The position numbers were made by a program, and so were the translations under genes. A DNA stretch of 64,000 nucleotides, from sequence record NC_015251.1. The stretch is one strand, 5' to 3'. Below, piece by piece: positions 38,401-47,451 of the stretch. The first letter of the stretch is position 1, and each line of letters opens with the position of its first letter. The notes below the pieces were generated by a model. It was not told the origin of the DNA, made no database searches, and saw only the letters and a list, made by a program, of their open reading frames with translations.

Positions 38401-39242
38401 TCAATTGTACTAGGGATGACTATTTCGCCGTATTTATATACCCAACTACCAGACGAGTCAGATAGATCAACGAAATCAGAAGTAACTGATGTATTCCCTC
38501 TATATCCCATAAAATACAATCTTATGGATTCTCCGGAATCCGCAGCCAAATCGTTTCTATACATATCGACACTAATTCTTAAAGTTTCTCCGGTATTAAC
38601 TACCAGACTAGCCAAACTTTGAGAACCGTTCATATATCTAACAATTTCCGGATTTGTTGGGGTTTCAGATATATATTCGTTTTGATCATACACCAAAGCA
38701 TTTCCGTAACCAGCAACACCAATATCAGAAAATGTATCAAATATAGATTCTAGCGAAACTTTAATATCACTGGATACTCCAATCATTTCTACCATAATTT
38801 TCTTTAGTCCGGTATCGAATATTGCACAATACCTTGTTGAAGATGTACCATTAGATGAATTCCAATGGTTTTCCCATCCAATATTACCAATCTTTTTAAA
38901 TACCGCATTTATTGTACTATTTGTGGTATTTGTCCCTTTTGACTTCATAAGGACAATACCAGCACTCAAAGATGTTAGCCAGCTATCAAACCGATTTACG
39001 TCAGTTTGAATAGAGAAATCAAATACATCTCGAACCCCTACAGATAGGTCCGGTAATATCTGTATACACTCAAGACCATTTCGATCTGAAGGTATAACAG
39101 AGAACCCGTCTATTGATACGATTTGGGGTTCTGTTCCATTTTCGGGAAATATCTTAATTTGATGCAATCCAGAAAAATTTTCTGATAGTGCATTCGCCTT
39201 TATGCCAGCACCTGACACACTCGAAATAATAAGTTCCGCCAT
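35457..39242 (-). CDS. 35: long tail fibre hinge gp35 fused to ~900 aa of repeated beta-rich (LamG/lectin-like) modules
   Basis: N-terminal ~330 aa resembles T4 gp35 (LESIFDTFSDIGVAGY; GSWVYKYGEIVIP; GSFGRWGF); directly downstream of 34. Confidence 0.75.
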   Translation of the reverse strand: MAELIISSVSGAGIKANALSENFSGLHQIKIFPENGTEPQIVSIDGFSVIPSDRNGLECIQILPDLSVGVRDVFDFSIQTDVNRFDSWLTSLSAGIVLMKSKGTNTTNSTINAVFKKIGNIGWENHWNSSNGTSSTRYCAIFDTGLKKIMVEMIGVSSDIKVSLESIFDTFSDIGVAGYGNALVYDQNEYISETPTNPEIVRYMNGSQSLASLVVNTGETLRISVDMYRNDLAADSGESIRLYFMGYRGNTSVTSDFVDLSDSSGSWVYKYGEIVIPSTIDNMRIYATAWPIKSSYQGTFGTRCISVYRKKPNISKPGKGSFGRWGFITEDAKETSGNIVGSFLEKNVTSFEYGNWEPVSFPHFTYGSGKYITLPTLILGLKFTYLTSVVYSNTDVSGIRNGSGTDDTFFIGSTSEKYTNGMGHLLIFNGITIFKEANVSCNKEYLYKMVVDNTNVDFYVDDVLVGTTTITATRIRTLESILVGNEMDGYVISSDYQDMSDPNNSRYYNYSSSEKLDFVKGTSPGGNMSYSGSNIVPNGGSGWLYCGTGSNLIPAGMKEGAKAFVTIVKNNGATLHPNVKMNHRYEVTAFKNTNAGFLNTWHLTAFKAGADNWITAGSMAQLEFDVDCITDPVLHGTKPSNIDWVKNRNFSFNFDGSSWVDIPPVYSINNKGYITLKFIQYQSTTGYIIEGRSSNTQELQGGWVYIKSNNTINTSANYKIVSINGKSPTSASGDVVVIENGIPYSLVIEMDLNSVVRRIGARYNGVNILRGKIWDISISADKDLRQYKNIYESRLNSYSTGMVDLNGQSSKVYSFVDVRKWKMSDSINNPITILSNNSFRFTKDVSEGGMSYHLNLPSRGKFRIEYDIESTKPVLLKDVYGTSVGVGDTMKSLGAGRYKGILISDHTATNYDSGVYICVPNARIGDTVILRSMVVYVTNTDGIGSNVQSESYFFDEFYEPQMIGNNMSAWVPNISGKYMDILPSWIPNEKAYRIRFTGKSFSAGELLNCSDVANAIKLTVTNTTLNFNIRNANTQRVNLNLTHGIALGSPFDIVVDYVYPNVIITANKARTSTNYTHIYGSLSDRCGVNFTGQLDTVELTETSLTRDDSRRYELVKTGFVQPIDATIQNTLVYNKKIRTTTLPSGIIGWDGSYGDVASNGRLKDDFYIHNYKLTKIVEGLPSNGVIIEFEGNVTPFTEIEVVFMGKVPLKVFASKGNGNYVVQKSQELEDWMKPTSYKVISFRPIGVGLNITSPIWKPAIY

Positions 39243-39258
39243 TTTAAATCCCCAATTA

Positions 39259-39284
39259 AAAAGCCACCCCGAAGGATGGCTTTT
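39259..39284 (-). terminator. intrinsic terminator between 34 and 35 (cUUCGg loop)
   Basis: Minus strand AAAAGCCATCC-TTCG-GGGTGGCTTTT. Confidence 0.8.
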
Positions 39285-39286
39285 GT

Positions 39287-42200
39287 TTAACTAATCCAAA
39301 CAAAGTCTACAGACTTGGTTACTGGGTTTGCTCTTATCTCTAAGAATTCCCCGTTACCAACTGCTATCCTAAGTTTATTTAGGGTTGTAGTTCCAGAAAC
39401 CGCAACGTCTCCATTTGCAGTCAATGCCTTTATAGAGTTGATGATCAACTCTCCGGTCATAGTATCACCGCCCTTGAATACCCGAGTTCCGGATGTGTTA
39501 TTAACATCATCGATCACAGAGTCGAGGTAATCTTTACGGATCGCGTCTTCTGGTTCAACTGGGGTAGTGGTCATTATTTTAACCTGACCAGAAACCCGTA
39601 GATCTCCGTTAGGTTCAAATCGACTCACGTTTGCAGGAGAAGCCAATCCGTTTGGACGGATAGACAATCCATTTAGAGAACCAAATGATATACTTTCATC
39701 AAGACCTATACTTATTCCACTCTTAGATGTATTACCCATCCAGATATTGTGAACACCATTTTTCTTAAAGTAAGTATCTGCGTTGAATGTTTTCTGACCA
39801 GTAATAGTTTCGTTAACTCCACCCGCAGCCTTAACATAACGAATTTCGGTGTAACCGTAACGAGTTAAGTGATCATTATGAGTCGGGTCAAATCCACCAT
39901 TTGAAACGTTATTTGTAAATACCGCATTACCATTTCTGTTTAGTGTCCATACTCGGTAATATGAACCTCCGGCATCTTTAGCGTTAACAACTAACGGACC
40001 ATCAACCGCATTAACACCTATATCAAGTTGTTGGCTAGTTACCCCACCTTTATAGGTCAACATGGTTATCTGTGAAGTACCACGTTCATCCACCAATGTA
40101 AGGGCTGCACCATTACCAGATATTAACGGGTTAGCACTAAATGTCATAACTCCGGTAATTGTCTGAGCGATAGTTCTACGAACCCAATCTGAAGAAGGAA
40201 CTCTAACACCACCCTCATCCATTGCATCCGCACTAACCGCAACAGCCCGTTTAGGTAAAAAGTTCATAAGAGCTGTGTTTAATCCTCTAGGAGATACAAC
40301 AATGTCCCCATGGGCATAACTTGAAAGAGTCCGAGTAGAACCAGCAATGTCGTTACCTTCAAACACGGAATTCGCCACGTTATTGTTCGTCAATACCGCA
40401 GTCATACCAACACCATATCTGGCATCTGTCATTCGGTAACTAGTACCGGATCTGACCGAGTTCAGATTAGTCAAAGGTGTTACTGCCTTGGTGTTATTTG
40501 TACCGGTATCAACATCACCTTGTGTGGCTAAGTACAATATACCAGTCTGGCTTGTTGAAGCCATACGCGCCGAAAGCTTTCTAGGAGTCAAGATCACATC
40601 GTCTCTAGAACCAACAGACATATCATTTGACTCTGCTTGTGTGGCGATTCTAGCAGTTCCTCTTTGGATTTCTGTAGGTACAACAACACCAAACTGTTGA
40701 CCTTGCCAGATATTTCCTGTAGAAGTAAGACCGTCATCCGCGACAACAGTTAGACGCTCACGAACCAACCAGTTTCCAAAAGTTTTAGGAGACACAAAGA
40801 ATCTATCGTGTAGGGTTCCTGCATCTACTTCTGCTTGGGTAGAGGTTTCACCCAAACCGGTTCTGGTTTCTGTTGCGGTACGGCTAACCAAACCTTTCGG
40901 GGTTACATGCACGTTGTCATCAGCCGGTGGAGCCATGCTAATCACTTCAGCCGCAGTTGCTGCCCGAGTCAAACCGGTCATGGCTGACGTTGCTTGACGA
41001 CCGTTTAAAGTGGTTGCAGTAACTACCAACGGACCATTTGCATTATCAGCCGCACCTGTGTTAACCTCGTTTTGGTTACCAACGAATACCATCCCTTGGG
41101 AGAATTCAGTTGCTACCTTTTCAAACAGGGTTTTAGGAGTTACTGCATTAGAATGGTCTGTGAAGTCATGAACCCCAGTACCTTTAGTGGTTCTAGTTGG
41201 TTGTTTTGTTCCACCAAAATTGACAAGACCAATCAAACCCGGCATAGTCTCGGTAGATATACGACCTGCTAATGTTTGTGGAGTAATTGCAACCTGACCC
41301 CAGTTTTCGCCAGATCCTGACTGCGCGTTAGCTTGTGCTTGAGTAGCAACCTTAAACACACCTCTCATTGAGGTAGTTCCTAACCGGTCATTTAGTAGAA
41401 ACGGGGTAATTGCTACACCCGACCAAGCTTCATCATTCAGGTTTCCGGTAGTTGCTTTTGATTCTAGGTTAGTAGATAATCTAATTATACCACGTCTGGT
41501 TCCTGTTGCCGTTTTGTTAGCTAAAGGTTTCTGAAGTAACGAAATCCTCACAATCTGGGTTTTGACCAGTGGAATATCTTCTTTATTTTTGTTAACACTA
41601 GCTTGTGATGCAATCGAAGCCATACCATAAAAATCTGGAACGGTTCTATCTACTCGGTATGGAATTGTTGTCATGGTCACTAGTGCCCACACATCATTTC
41701 CAGATCCTAACGCATTTTTAAAGTATACAAATTCCATCTGTTCGCCACGGTTATTAATGGCAAATGTCTGGGTTTTTGTAATGTGACTAGGAAGGTCGGT
41801 AAGTAGATCTCTATATGCACTAATTCTAGGATTTGTCAACGTATTTCCATCAGGTAAGAAATAATCGTTGGTACTTCCTGCATCAATAGACAAGGTTAAG
41901 CTAGAACCGTTGACCATATATCGTGTGTCAACAAACAGACTATCCCCGTTTGCCGCATCTTTTGGAAAAGTTATCTTTACTTCAGTTGAGGTTTGTGTGT
42001 ATACTACCAACTGGTCATTCGGAGAAGAACTGTAAGTTGCGGTTTTTACACTTTTCCAACGACTCATACTGTCAGAGTCGAAAACTCTCCAAGCGTTAGC
42101 GTTACGGTCAAAAACTAGGATACCCCAATCGGTGGAATCAAATTGAGCAGTTTTAACAGATGGTTGACCTGCAATAACAATTATGTTATGCGTACTATCT

Positions 42201-42982
42201 GGATGAACTGATATTGTTGTTTTCGTTACAGGGTTCATACCATCGAGATCGTAAGTTGTTACGGTATCTCCATGATTTGCATATTTGGGCAAACCTATCT
42301 TTATTCCTCCGGAATATTGGGTTTCCCGCATTAGTTGATCCCCGACCATAGCCTTGTAGTAAGAACCTGCCAGATATGAACTATTGCTTATAATTTTCTT
42401 GTTTGTGTCGCCTCGGTACTCTACTTGTGCGATCCACTCACTACCACTCAAAATAAAATATACCGCAGAATATGGAGCGGTGATTTTGAATACCGCAACG
42501 CCAGAAATGGTTCTTCCATTTCCATCAACATCAACGGTAAAATCGTGTAGGTTTGTTCCATTATCACGGATAACTACCATATCACCATTAAGAGCTTGAG
42601 CCGGTAGCGTAAATCTTATGTCTTGTACTGTAGATTGAACTATGATATGCTCGCCCGATTGAATCGTTGTAAGAGCTGGTGCGTTAGTTGTTACAAGTCT
42701 CCAAGATGGATCGGTACGAACCGGACGCCATCTAATAGGGTTAAAATCTTCTGGGGTTGTAATATTTACCAAACTAACATAAACTCGGTTGTTATAAATA
42801 ACCGCAAAGTCCTTCTTATACGTGCGGGCTTTGTCATATTGTTGAATTGTATTTTCATCAATAAAAAACTTTACGTTAACTCCATCTAAAGGAGCTGTTA
42901 TATCTGGGTAACCAACGTTTATGATAGACTTACCAGCGGCATCTAAGCCATCCGTAACTCTAAAAGCAATGTTTGCTGCCAT
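39287..42982 (-). CDS. 34: long tail fibre proximal subunit
   Basis: N-terminal FRVTDGLDAAGKSIINV; multiple ATxxxxG...ATQ.E...VTP repeats; divergent from rnh as in T4. Confidence 0.93.
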   Translation of the reverse strand: MAANIAFRVTDGLDAAGKSIINVGYPDITAPLDGVNVKFFIDENTIQQYDKARTYKKDFAVIYNNRVYVSLVNITTPEDFNPIRWRPVRTDPSWRLVTTNAPALTTIQSGEHIIVQSTVQDIRFTLPAQALNGDMVVIRDNGTNLHDFTVDVDGNGRTISGVAVFKITAPYSAVYFILSGSEWIAQVEYRGDTNKKIISNSSYLAGSYYKAMVGDQLMRETQYSGGIKIGLPKYANHGDTVTTYDLDGMNPVTKTTISVHPDSTHNIIVIAGQPSVKTAQFDSTDWGILVFDRNANAWRVFDSDSMSRWKSVKTATYSSSPNDQLVVYTQTSTEVKITFPKDAANGDSLFVDTRYMVNGSSLTLSIDAGSTNDYFLPDGNTLTNPRISAYRDLLTDLPSHITKTQTFAINNRGEQMEFVYFKNALGSGNDVWALVTMTTIPYRVDRTVPDFYGMASIASQASVNKNKEDIPLVKTQIVRISLLQKPLANKTATGTRRGIIRLSTNLESKATTGNLNDEAWSGVAITPFLLNDRLGTTSMRGVFKVATQAQANAQSGSGENWGQVAITPQTLAGRISTETMPGLIGLVNFGGTKQPTRTTKGTGVHDFTDHSNAVTPKTLFEKVATEFSQGMVFVGNQNEVNTGAADNANGPLVVTATTLNGRQATSAMTGLTRAATAAEVISMAPPADDNVHVTPKGLVSRTATETRTGLGETSTQAEVDAGTLHDRFFVSPKTFGNWLVRERLTVVADDGLTSTGNIWQGQQFGVVVPTEIQRGTARIATQAESNDMSVGSRDDVILTPRKLSARMASTSQTGILYLATQGDVDTGTNNTKAVTPLTNLNSVRSGTSYRMTDARYGVGMTAVLTNNNVANSVFEGNDIAGSTRTLSSYAHGDIVVSPRGLNTALMNFLPKRAVAVSADAMDEGGVRVPSSDWVRRTIAQTITGVMTFSANPLISGNGAALTLVDERGTSQITMLTYKGGVTSQQLDIGVNAVDGPLVVNAKDAGGSYYRVWTLNRNGNAVFTNNVSNGGFDPTHNDHLTRYGYTEIRYVKAAGGVNETITGQKTFNADTYFKKNGVHNIWMGNTSKSGISIGLDESISFGSLNGLSIRPNGLASPANVSRFEPNGDLRVSGQVKIMTTTPVEPEDAIRKDYLDSVIDDVNNTSGTRVFKGGDTMTGELIINSIKALTANGDVAVSGTTTLNKLRIAVGNGEFLEIRANPVTKSVDFVWIS

Positions 42983-43019
42983 TGTGTAAATCCTCGTATT
43001 AAAAATATATCCACTTATG

Positions 43020-43027
43020 TATTTAGG
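43020..43027 (-). promoter_or_regulatory. late promoter CCTAAATA for gene 34
   Basis: Same octamer precedes 23, 24, uvsW, inh and 40. Confidence 0.7.
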
Positions 43028-43037
43028 AGAAAGATAA

Positions 43038-43958
43038 ATGTCGTTGTTTGACGCATTTCCAGACTCGATGAATGATGGAGTTCAAAATCTCCAATTAATC
43101 GATTATAGTCAAATTGTTATTTCAAATTTAATGTATTATTTCAGTCCGGGTGATATTATAGAACCCATTAACGCCAGAAAGATAATTATTGATGCTTTAC
43201 GTTCTCATGTCCTTAAGCATAAAAATGAGTATCCGAATATCGTCATTGCGGTGGATTCCGTTGATGGATATTGGCGAAGGGATCGTGTTGCACCGTATTA
43301 CAAAAAACACCGAGAGAAGATTAAAGACGATTCCGGTTGGGATTGGAATGCTATTTACTCTGCTATGAATCTGGTTCGACAAGAGTTGATCAACCATCTT
43401 CCATACAAAACCCTGTATATTCCGGGGGCAGAGGCAGATGATATCTTTGGTGTTCTGGTAAAACACTTGAAATCGGTAGATCCTTCTGTTAAGATACATA
43501 TCACATCAGCAGATGGAGATTTTACCCAACTACAAAAATATGATGGTGTCCGTCAATGGAACCCAATGCATAAAAAGTGGGTGAAACCTGAGTATGGTTC
43601 CCCTGAACGGGATCTTTTGGTTAAAATTATCAAGGGCGATAGAAAAGATACTATTTCTAATATCTTCTCTGTATCCGATCATATTATTTCATCTGATAAG
43701 AATCAAAAACAGGTTAGAAAACAGTTACTTTCTTCTGTATTTGAATCTAAAGACCCGAGAAGTTTGTTCACAGGTGACGAACTTAAGAGATATAATGAAA
43801 ATGAGATTCTGGTTGATTTAGATAAAATCCCAGACGATATATCCAAAAAGATTATCGAAGCATATAATACATATAAACCAGCTCCCCGTGGTCGATTGAC
43901 TAACTATTTCATTACCCATGGAATGGCTGATTTGATTGGTAAAGAATCTGAATTTTAA
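43038..43958 (+). CDS. rnh: RNase H / 5'-3' exonuclease (FEN family)
   Basis: LIDYSQI, YWRRD...YKKHR, EADDIFG, ADGDFTQLQKY, KGDRKDTI. Confidence 0.95.
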   Translation: MSLFDAFPDSMNDGVQNLQLIDYSQIVISNLMYYFSPGDIIEPINARKIIIDALRSHVLKHKNEYPNIVIAVDSVDGYWRRDRVAPYYKKHREKIKDDSGWDWNAIYSAMNLVRQELINHLPYKTLYIPGAEADDIFGVLVKHLKSVDPSVKIHITSADGDFTQLQKYDGVRQWNPMHKKWVKPEYGSPERDLLVKIIKGDRKDTISNIFSVSDHIISSDKNQKQVRKQLLSSVFESKDPRSLFTGDELKRYNENEILVDLDKIPDDISKKIIEAYNTYKPAPRGRLTNYFITHGMADLIGKESEF

Positions 43959-43976
43959 CAATAGGAATTAATTAAA

Positions 43977-44288
43977 ATGGCTAAAGAAAAGAAAGAAAAA
44001 CCCGTATTTAATATCAATTCATCCAAACAAAATCTACTGGAACTGGTTCGTGAATGTTCTGAGCGGATGATGAAAATTGAAATCGAACGAGAAGCAATTA
44101 AAGCGGCTAAAGATGCAGCTAAAGAACTTGGTGTGGAGATTAAAGATTTTAATGTAACTGTATCCATGTATCATAAAAAGAACCGTGATGAAGTAGAAGA
44201 GAATAATAATCGGGCTGTAGAGCTGTTTGATAAACTGTTCTCCGATGGGTTTAAAGAAGTTCATGATGATGGTGAGGATGATGTATAA
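43977..44288 (+). CDS. dsbA: double-stranded DNA binding protein DsbA
   Basis: AKEKKEK...LVRECSERMMKIE...AAKELGV...MYHK; synteny rnh-dsbA-33. Confidence 0.88.
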   Translation: MAKEKKEKPVFNINSSKQNLLELVRECSERMMKIEIEREAIKAAKDAAKELGVEIKDFNVTVSMYHKKNRDEVEENNNRAVELFDKLFSDGFKEVHDDGEDDV

Positions 44289-44528
44289 TGGCTACAGATA
44301 TCGATAAAGTTGAATTCTCAAAGAGAGTTGAAGAAATCGCTATAGAAACTGGGGCATCCCTTGTCGAATCTTGTTTTGTAGTTGCTGACGAAATGCAAGT
44401 AGACGAGGAACATATTCCCGCACATATTCATACTGTTCTTAAGGAGAAGATCCGAATCGAAGCTGTATTCTAATCGTACATTACGAGTAGAACAAGATAA
44501 CAATTTGGATTTCTTGTTTACCCAATGA
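44288..44528 (+). CDS. 33: late transcription co-activator gp33, frameshifted near 44468
   Basis: The listed 61-aa ORF stops early; the shifted frame continues NRTLRVEQDNNLDFLFTQ*, restoring the LDFL clamp-binding tail and an ATGA overlap with 59. Confidence 0.85.
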
Positions 44529-45191
44529 TAAAACTAATTCTTCCGCCCAAACCGAAAATTACGATTGATGGGAGAAGCTGTTACAGACTCTACCGTTCCT
44601 TAAAAACTCAATTTTCTAACCCTAAATATAGGGTAGTCAAAGGCGGGGAATGGAAACTCTTATTAACCACCTGAAGCCGCATATAATAAAATGGCGAGAC
44701 GATTCATTTATGAGCGTTTAGCAAAAAAGTATTCACTTGGCGTTTTATGCGGTATAATGATTACTAACTTTAGCTCAAATCCCGATATGTGGGGCGGTGA
44801 TATAGCAAATGAAGATGCTCACGATCACTACCTAAAAACTATAGGTAAATATGAGCGTATGAAGTCGGTTTTTAAATCCGAAGTAGAAGGATTATTGAGA
44901 AAATCAAAATCAAAAGGTATTACCTTTCGACAATTGCTTTCTCCCAATGATGGTCAACCATGGATATTTAAATATGTTCAGCAGGATGTTATTAGTTATG
45001 AAACTATGCTTCTGTTAGATTCTATATTCAACTTTATAGATTCTTATGATGATTTAAATGACCATGTGTGGATGAACGGTTATTCTAGCCGTATCAAAGC
45101 TTATAGAAGCTTAGTTAAAATAGATAAAGAAAAAGTAATGCAAAACTTTAAAAAAATAATCGAAGATTATAAAGAACTAAACAATATCTAA
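44525..45191 (+). CDS. 59: helicase loader gp59, frameshifted at ~44640-44670
   Basis: MIKLILPPKPKITIDGRSCYRLY... matches the T4 gp59 N-terminus; joins EAAYNKMARRFIYERLAKKY in the listed ORF. Confidence 0.88.
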
Positions 45192-45212
45192 AACATACTC
45201 AAGGAAATTAAA

Positions 45213-46159
45213 ATGTCTCAATTTATTCGTCGTAAAGCTGATCCGTCCAAACTGCAAGCTCAACTGGAAGCCGTTTCCGGTAATGGTGGTTTCAAACAAG
45301 ACCTGACAGAATGGAAACTTACCGTTGACCAGAAGACCAAAGAAGGCACCGCAGTTATTCGTTTCCTGCAACCTTCAGATCTGGAAGGGATGGAAGAGTG
45401 GCCCACCTTTGTGACTATCTCTAACCACTTCATTAAGCGTGATGGTAAGTTCTACGTAGAAAACTGTACCGGTGGTACACACAAAAATTACGATGGTTGC
45501 CCTGTGTGTCAATGGCGTAATGCTCAAGGTTGGGATTGGTCTAACGAGGCTGACAAAAAAGCCGCTCGCGAAACCGGAACCGGTATCAATACCAGCTACT
45601 GGGCGAACATCATGGTTATCAAGGATCCAGCGAACCCAGATAACGATGGTAAAGTGTTTAAGTACAAGTTCACCAATACTGTTCTTAAAATGATTATCAG
45701 TGCTCAAAAGGGTGATGAAGAAGTGGGTGAAGCACCTATTGTAATCACTGACTTTGATAATGGCGCAAACTTCCTTGTACGTAGTACCAAAAAGGATAAG
45801 TTCGGTACTCTGGAAACTTCCAAGTTCCAAGCACCTAGCCAACTGCCGGGTATTGATACCCCAGAAGTACAAAAAGTGATTCTGGAAGGTATGCAAGATC
45901 TCCGTACTATTGTAGCACCGACCCAGTTTAAGCCATATGATGAGCTGAAAAAGAAATTTGACAAAATCATGGGTATCCGTGGTGGTGATGAAAAGGTTGC
46001 TCGTAAGGCTGAAGAAGAACTCGATTCCTTCGCGGCTGATATGGCAGATTTCAATGAAAAAGAATCAGCCCCGAGTAAAGAGTAGATGAACCTTTGGTAA
46101 AATCAGATAGCGATAATAGCGAAACTGATGACCTAGATGACCTGCTTGCCGGTCTGTAA
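45213..46159 (+). CDS. 32: single-stranded DNA binding protein gp32, frameshifted near 46080
   Basis: HFIKRDGKFYVENC...CPVC, YWANIMVIKDP; acidic tail DEPLVKSDSDNSETDDLDDLLAGL* lies in the shifted frame. Confidence 0.95.
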
Positions 46160-46169
46160 TTAAAATATG

Positions 46170-46197
46170 AAGGAGTCCAATTTGGACTCCTTTTTTG
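46170..46197 (+). terminator. intrinsic terminator after gene 32
   Basis: AAGGAGTCCA-ATT-TGGACTCCTTTTTT. Confidence 0.85.
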
Positions 46198-46256
46198 TTG
46201 TATACATTGTCTAAAAACCGTAGTATACTCTATGAAACTAATATGAAAGGTGAAAA

Positions 46257-46871
46257 ATGAAAAATAAACCGGTATTTACAACCGATATAGATGGTGTTGT
46301 TGTTCAATGGCAATCGAATCTACCATTCTTTGCAGCAGAGCATAACCTACCAACTGAAGTCATTATTGAGATGATGCAGGATGAGAAGTTCAGACCCATG
46401 CATGAAATTTTTAATTGTTCCCCTGCATTTGGTGAACAGTTACTTTTGAAATATAATGAGAGTAAATGGATCCGTGGCCTTAAACCTTACAATGATGCAT
46501 TACGTTTTATTAACGATAATAAGCACAAATACGACTTTGTAGGCATTACTGCTCTAGGAACTAAATTTGACGTTGCCGCGAACCGTATGTCAAATTTGAA
46601 TGTGTTGTTTCCCAATGCATTCAGAGAAGTTCTAATTTGCAATCATAACGAAAGCAAACGTGAATTATTTGAACAGGCATATTCACATTATGGAGATCGG
46701 ATTGTTACTTACGTAGACGACCTATCTCATCACTGTGTAGTTGCTGATGAAGTATTCAATAAACAGTGCAACTTGAATATTCCTATTTTTCAAATAAACC
46801 GTAGAGGTGATGAAAAGTCTGATTTTTTAATCAGTAGCTTTAGCGAACTACAAGGTAAATTGTATGAGTGA
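46257..46871 (+). CDS. 30.2: gp30.2-like HAD-superfamily hydrolase
   Basis: TDIDGV..WQSNLPFFA..., YVDDLSHH; close resemblance to T4 30.2. Confidence 0.85.
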   Translation: MKNKPVFTTDIDGVVVQWQSNLPFFAAEHNLPTEVIIEMMQDEKFRPMHEIFNCSPAFGEQLLLKYNESKWIRGLKPYNDALRFINDNKHKYDFVGITALGTKFDVAANRMSNLNVLFPNAFREVLICNHNESKRELFEQAYSHYGDRIVTYVDDLSHHCVVADEVFNKQCNLNIPIFQINRRGDEKSDFLISSFSELQGKLYE

Positions 46872-47448
46872 ATATTTTGATATAGAATATAAAACTAGAA
46901 GTAAAGTAGAAAACGGAATTCTTTTTGTAAAAGATGAAAGTGATAATTGGGTAAAACCGGATCTTTATAATTACAATAGTGATTGTGAAGTATTACAGTT
47001 TGTAAAAGATATGGTATATGAAGGAAAATGGAAAGATATGACTACAGTAATTAAAGATATCCCACTTAAAGGATATGTGTTTGTACATCGTGGATTGTCC
47101 GGTATGTACGCCGGTATTCAGGCGGCTCATGCAATGATCCGACTGGTTCATAATCAATATGCCAATCCGGATATGATTGATTGGGTGACTGTTCATGAAA
47201 CGTTGGTTATTCTTGATGGTGGTAATTCCCAGAATATGGATCAAATTTCTGGTATTTTGAGTGGTGCAGATAATTCTATGGAGTATTTCAGAGAGCCGGA
47301 TATGGATAATATGATGACTGCCATCGCATATGTTCCTTCCGCAGATGAAGCCTCTGAGATTGAGTTTTTCAAAACCAACGATGGTATTGGTGATAGTGAC
47401 AATCCGGTGGTTAATCTTCTTCTAAAATCCCGTACACATAAAGGGTGA
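46864..47448 (+). CDS. protein with C-terminal peptidyl-tRNA hydrolase 2 (PTH2)-like domain
   Basis: YVFVHRGLS...GIQAAHA...W...TLVILDG...FREPDMDNMMTAIA pattern. Confidence 0.65.
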   Translation: MSEYFDIEYKTRSKVENGILFVKDESDNWVKPDLYNYNSDCEVLQFVKDMVYEGKWKDMTTVIKDIPLKGYVFVHRGLSGMYAGIQAAHAMIRLVHNQYANPDMIDWVTVHETLVILDGGNSQNMDQISGILSGADNSMEYFREPDMDNMMTAIAYVPSADEASEIEFFKTNDGIGDSDNPVVNLLLKSRTHKG

Positions 47449-47451
47449 TAT

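Noticed and set aside
39700-41600. Periodic repeats in gene 34
   Set aside because: Known protein-level repeats of the proximal tail fibre, not a DNA repeat array.
45375-45896. 173-aa antisense ORF in gene 32, and similar ones in nrdA (32808-33425), uvsX, 44, 45 and 56504-57070
   Set aside because: Fully nested antisense frames in conserved genes, with no independent expression signals.
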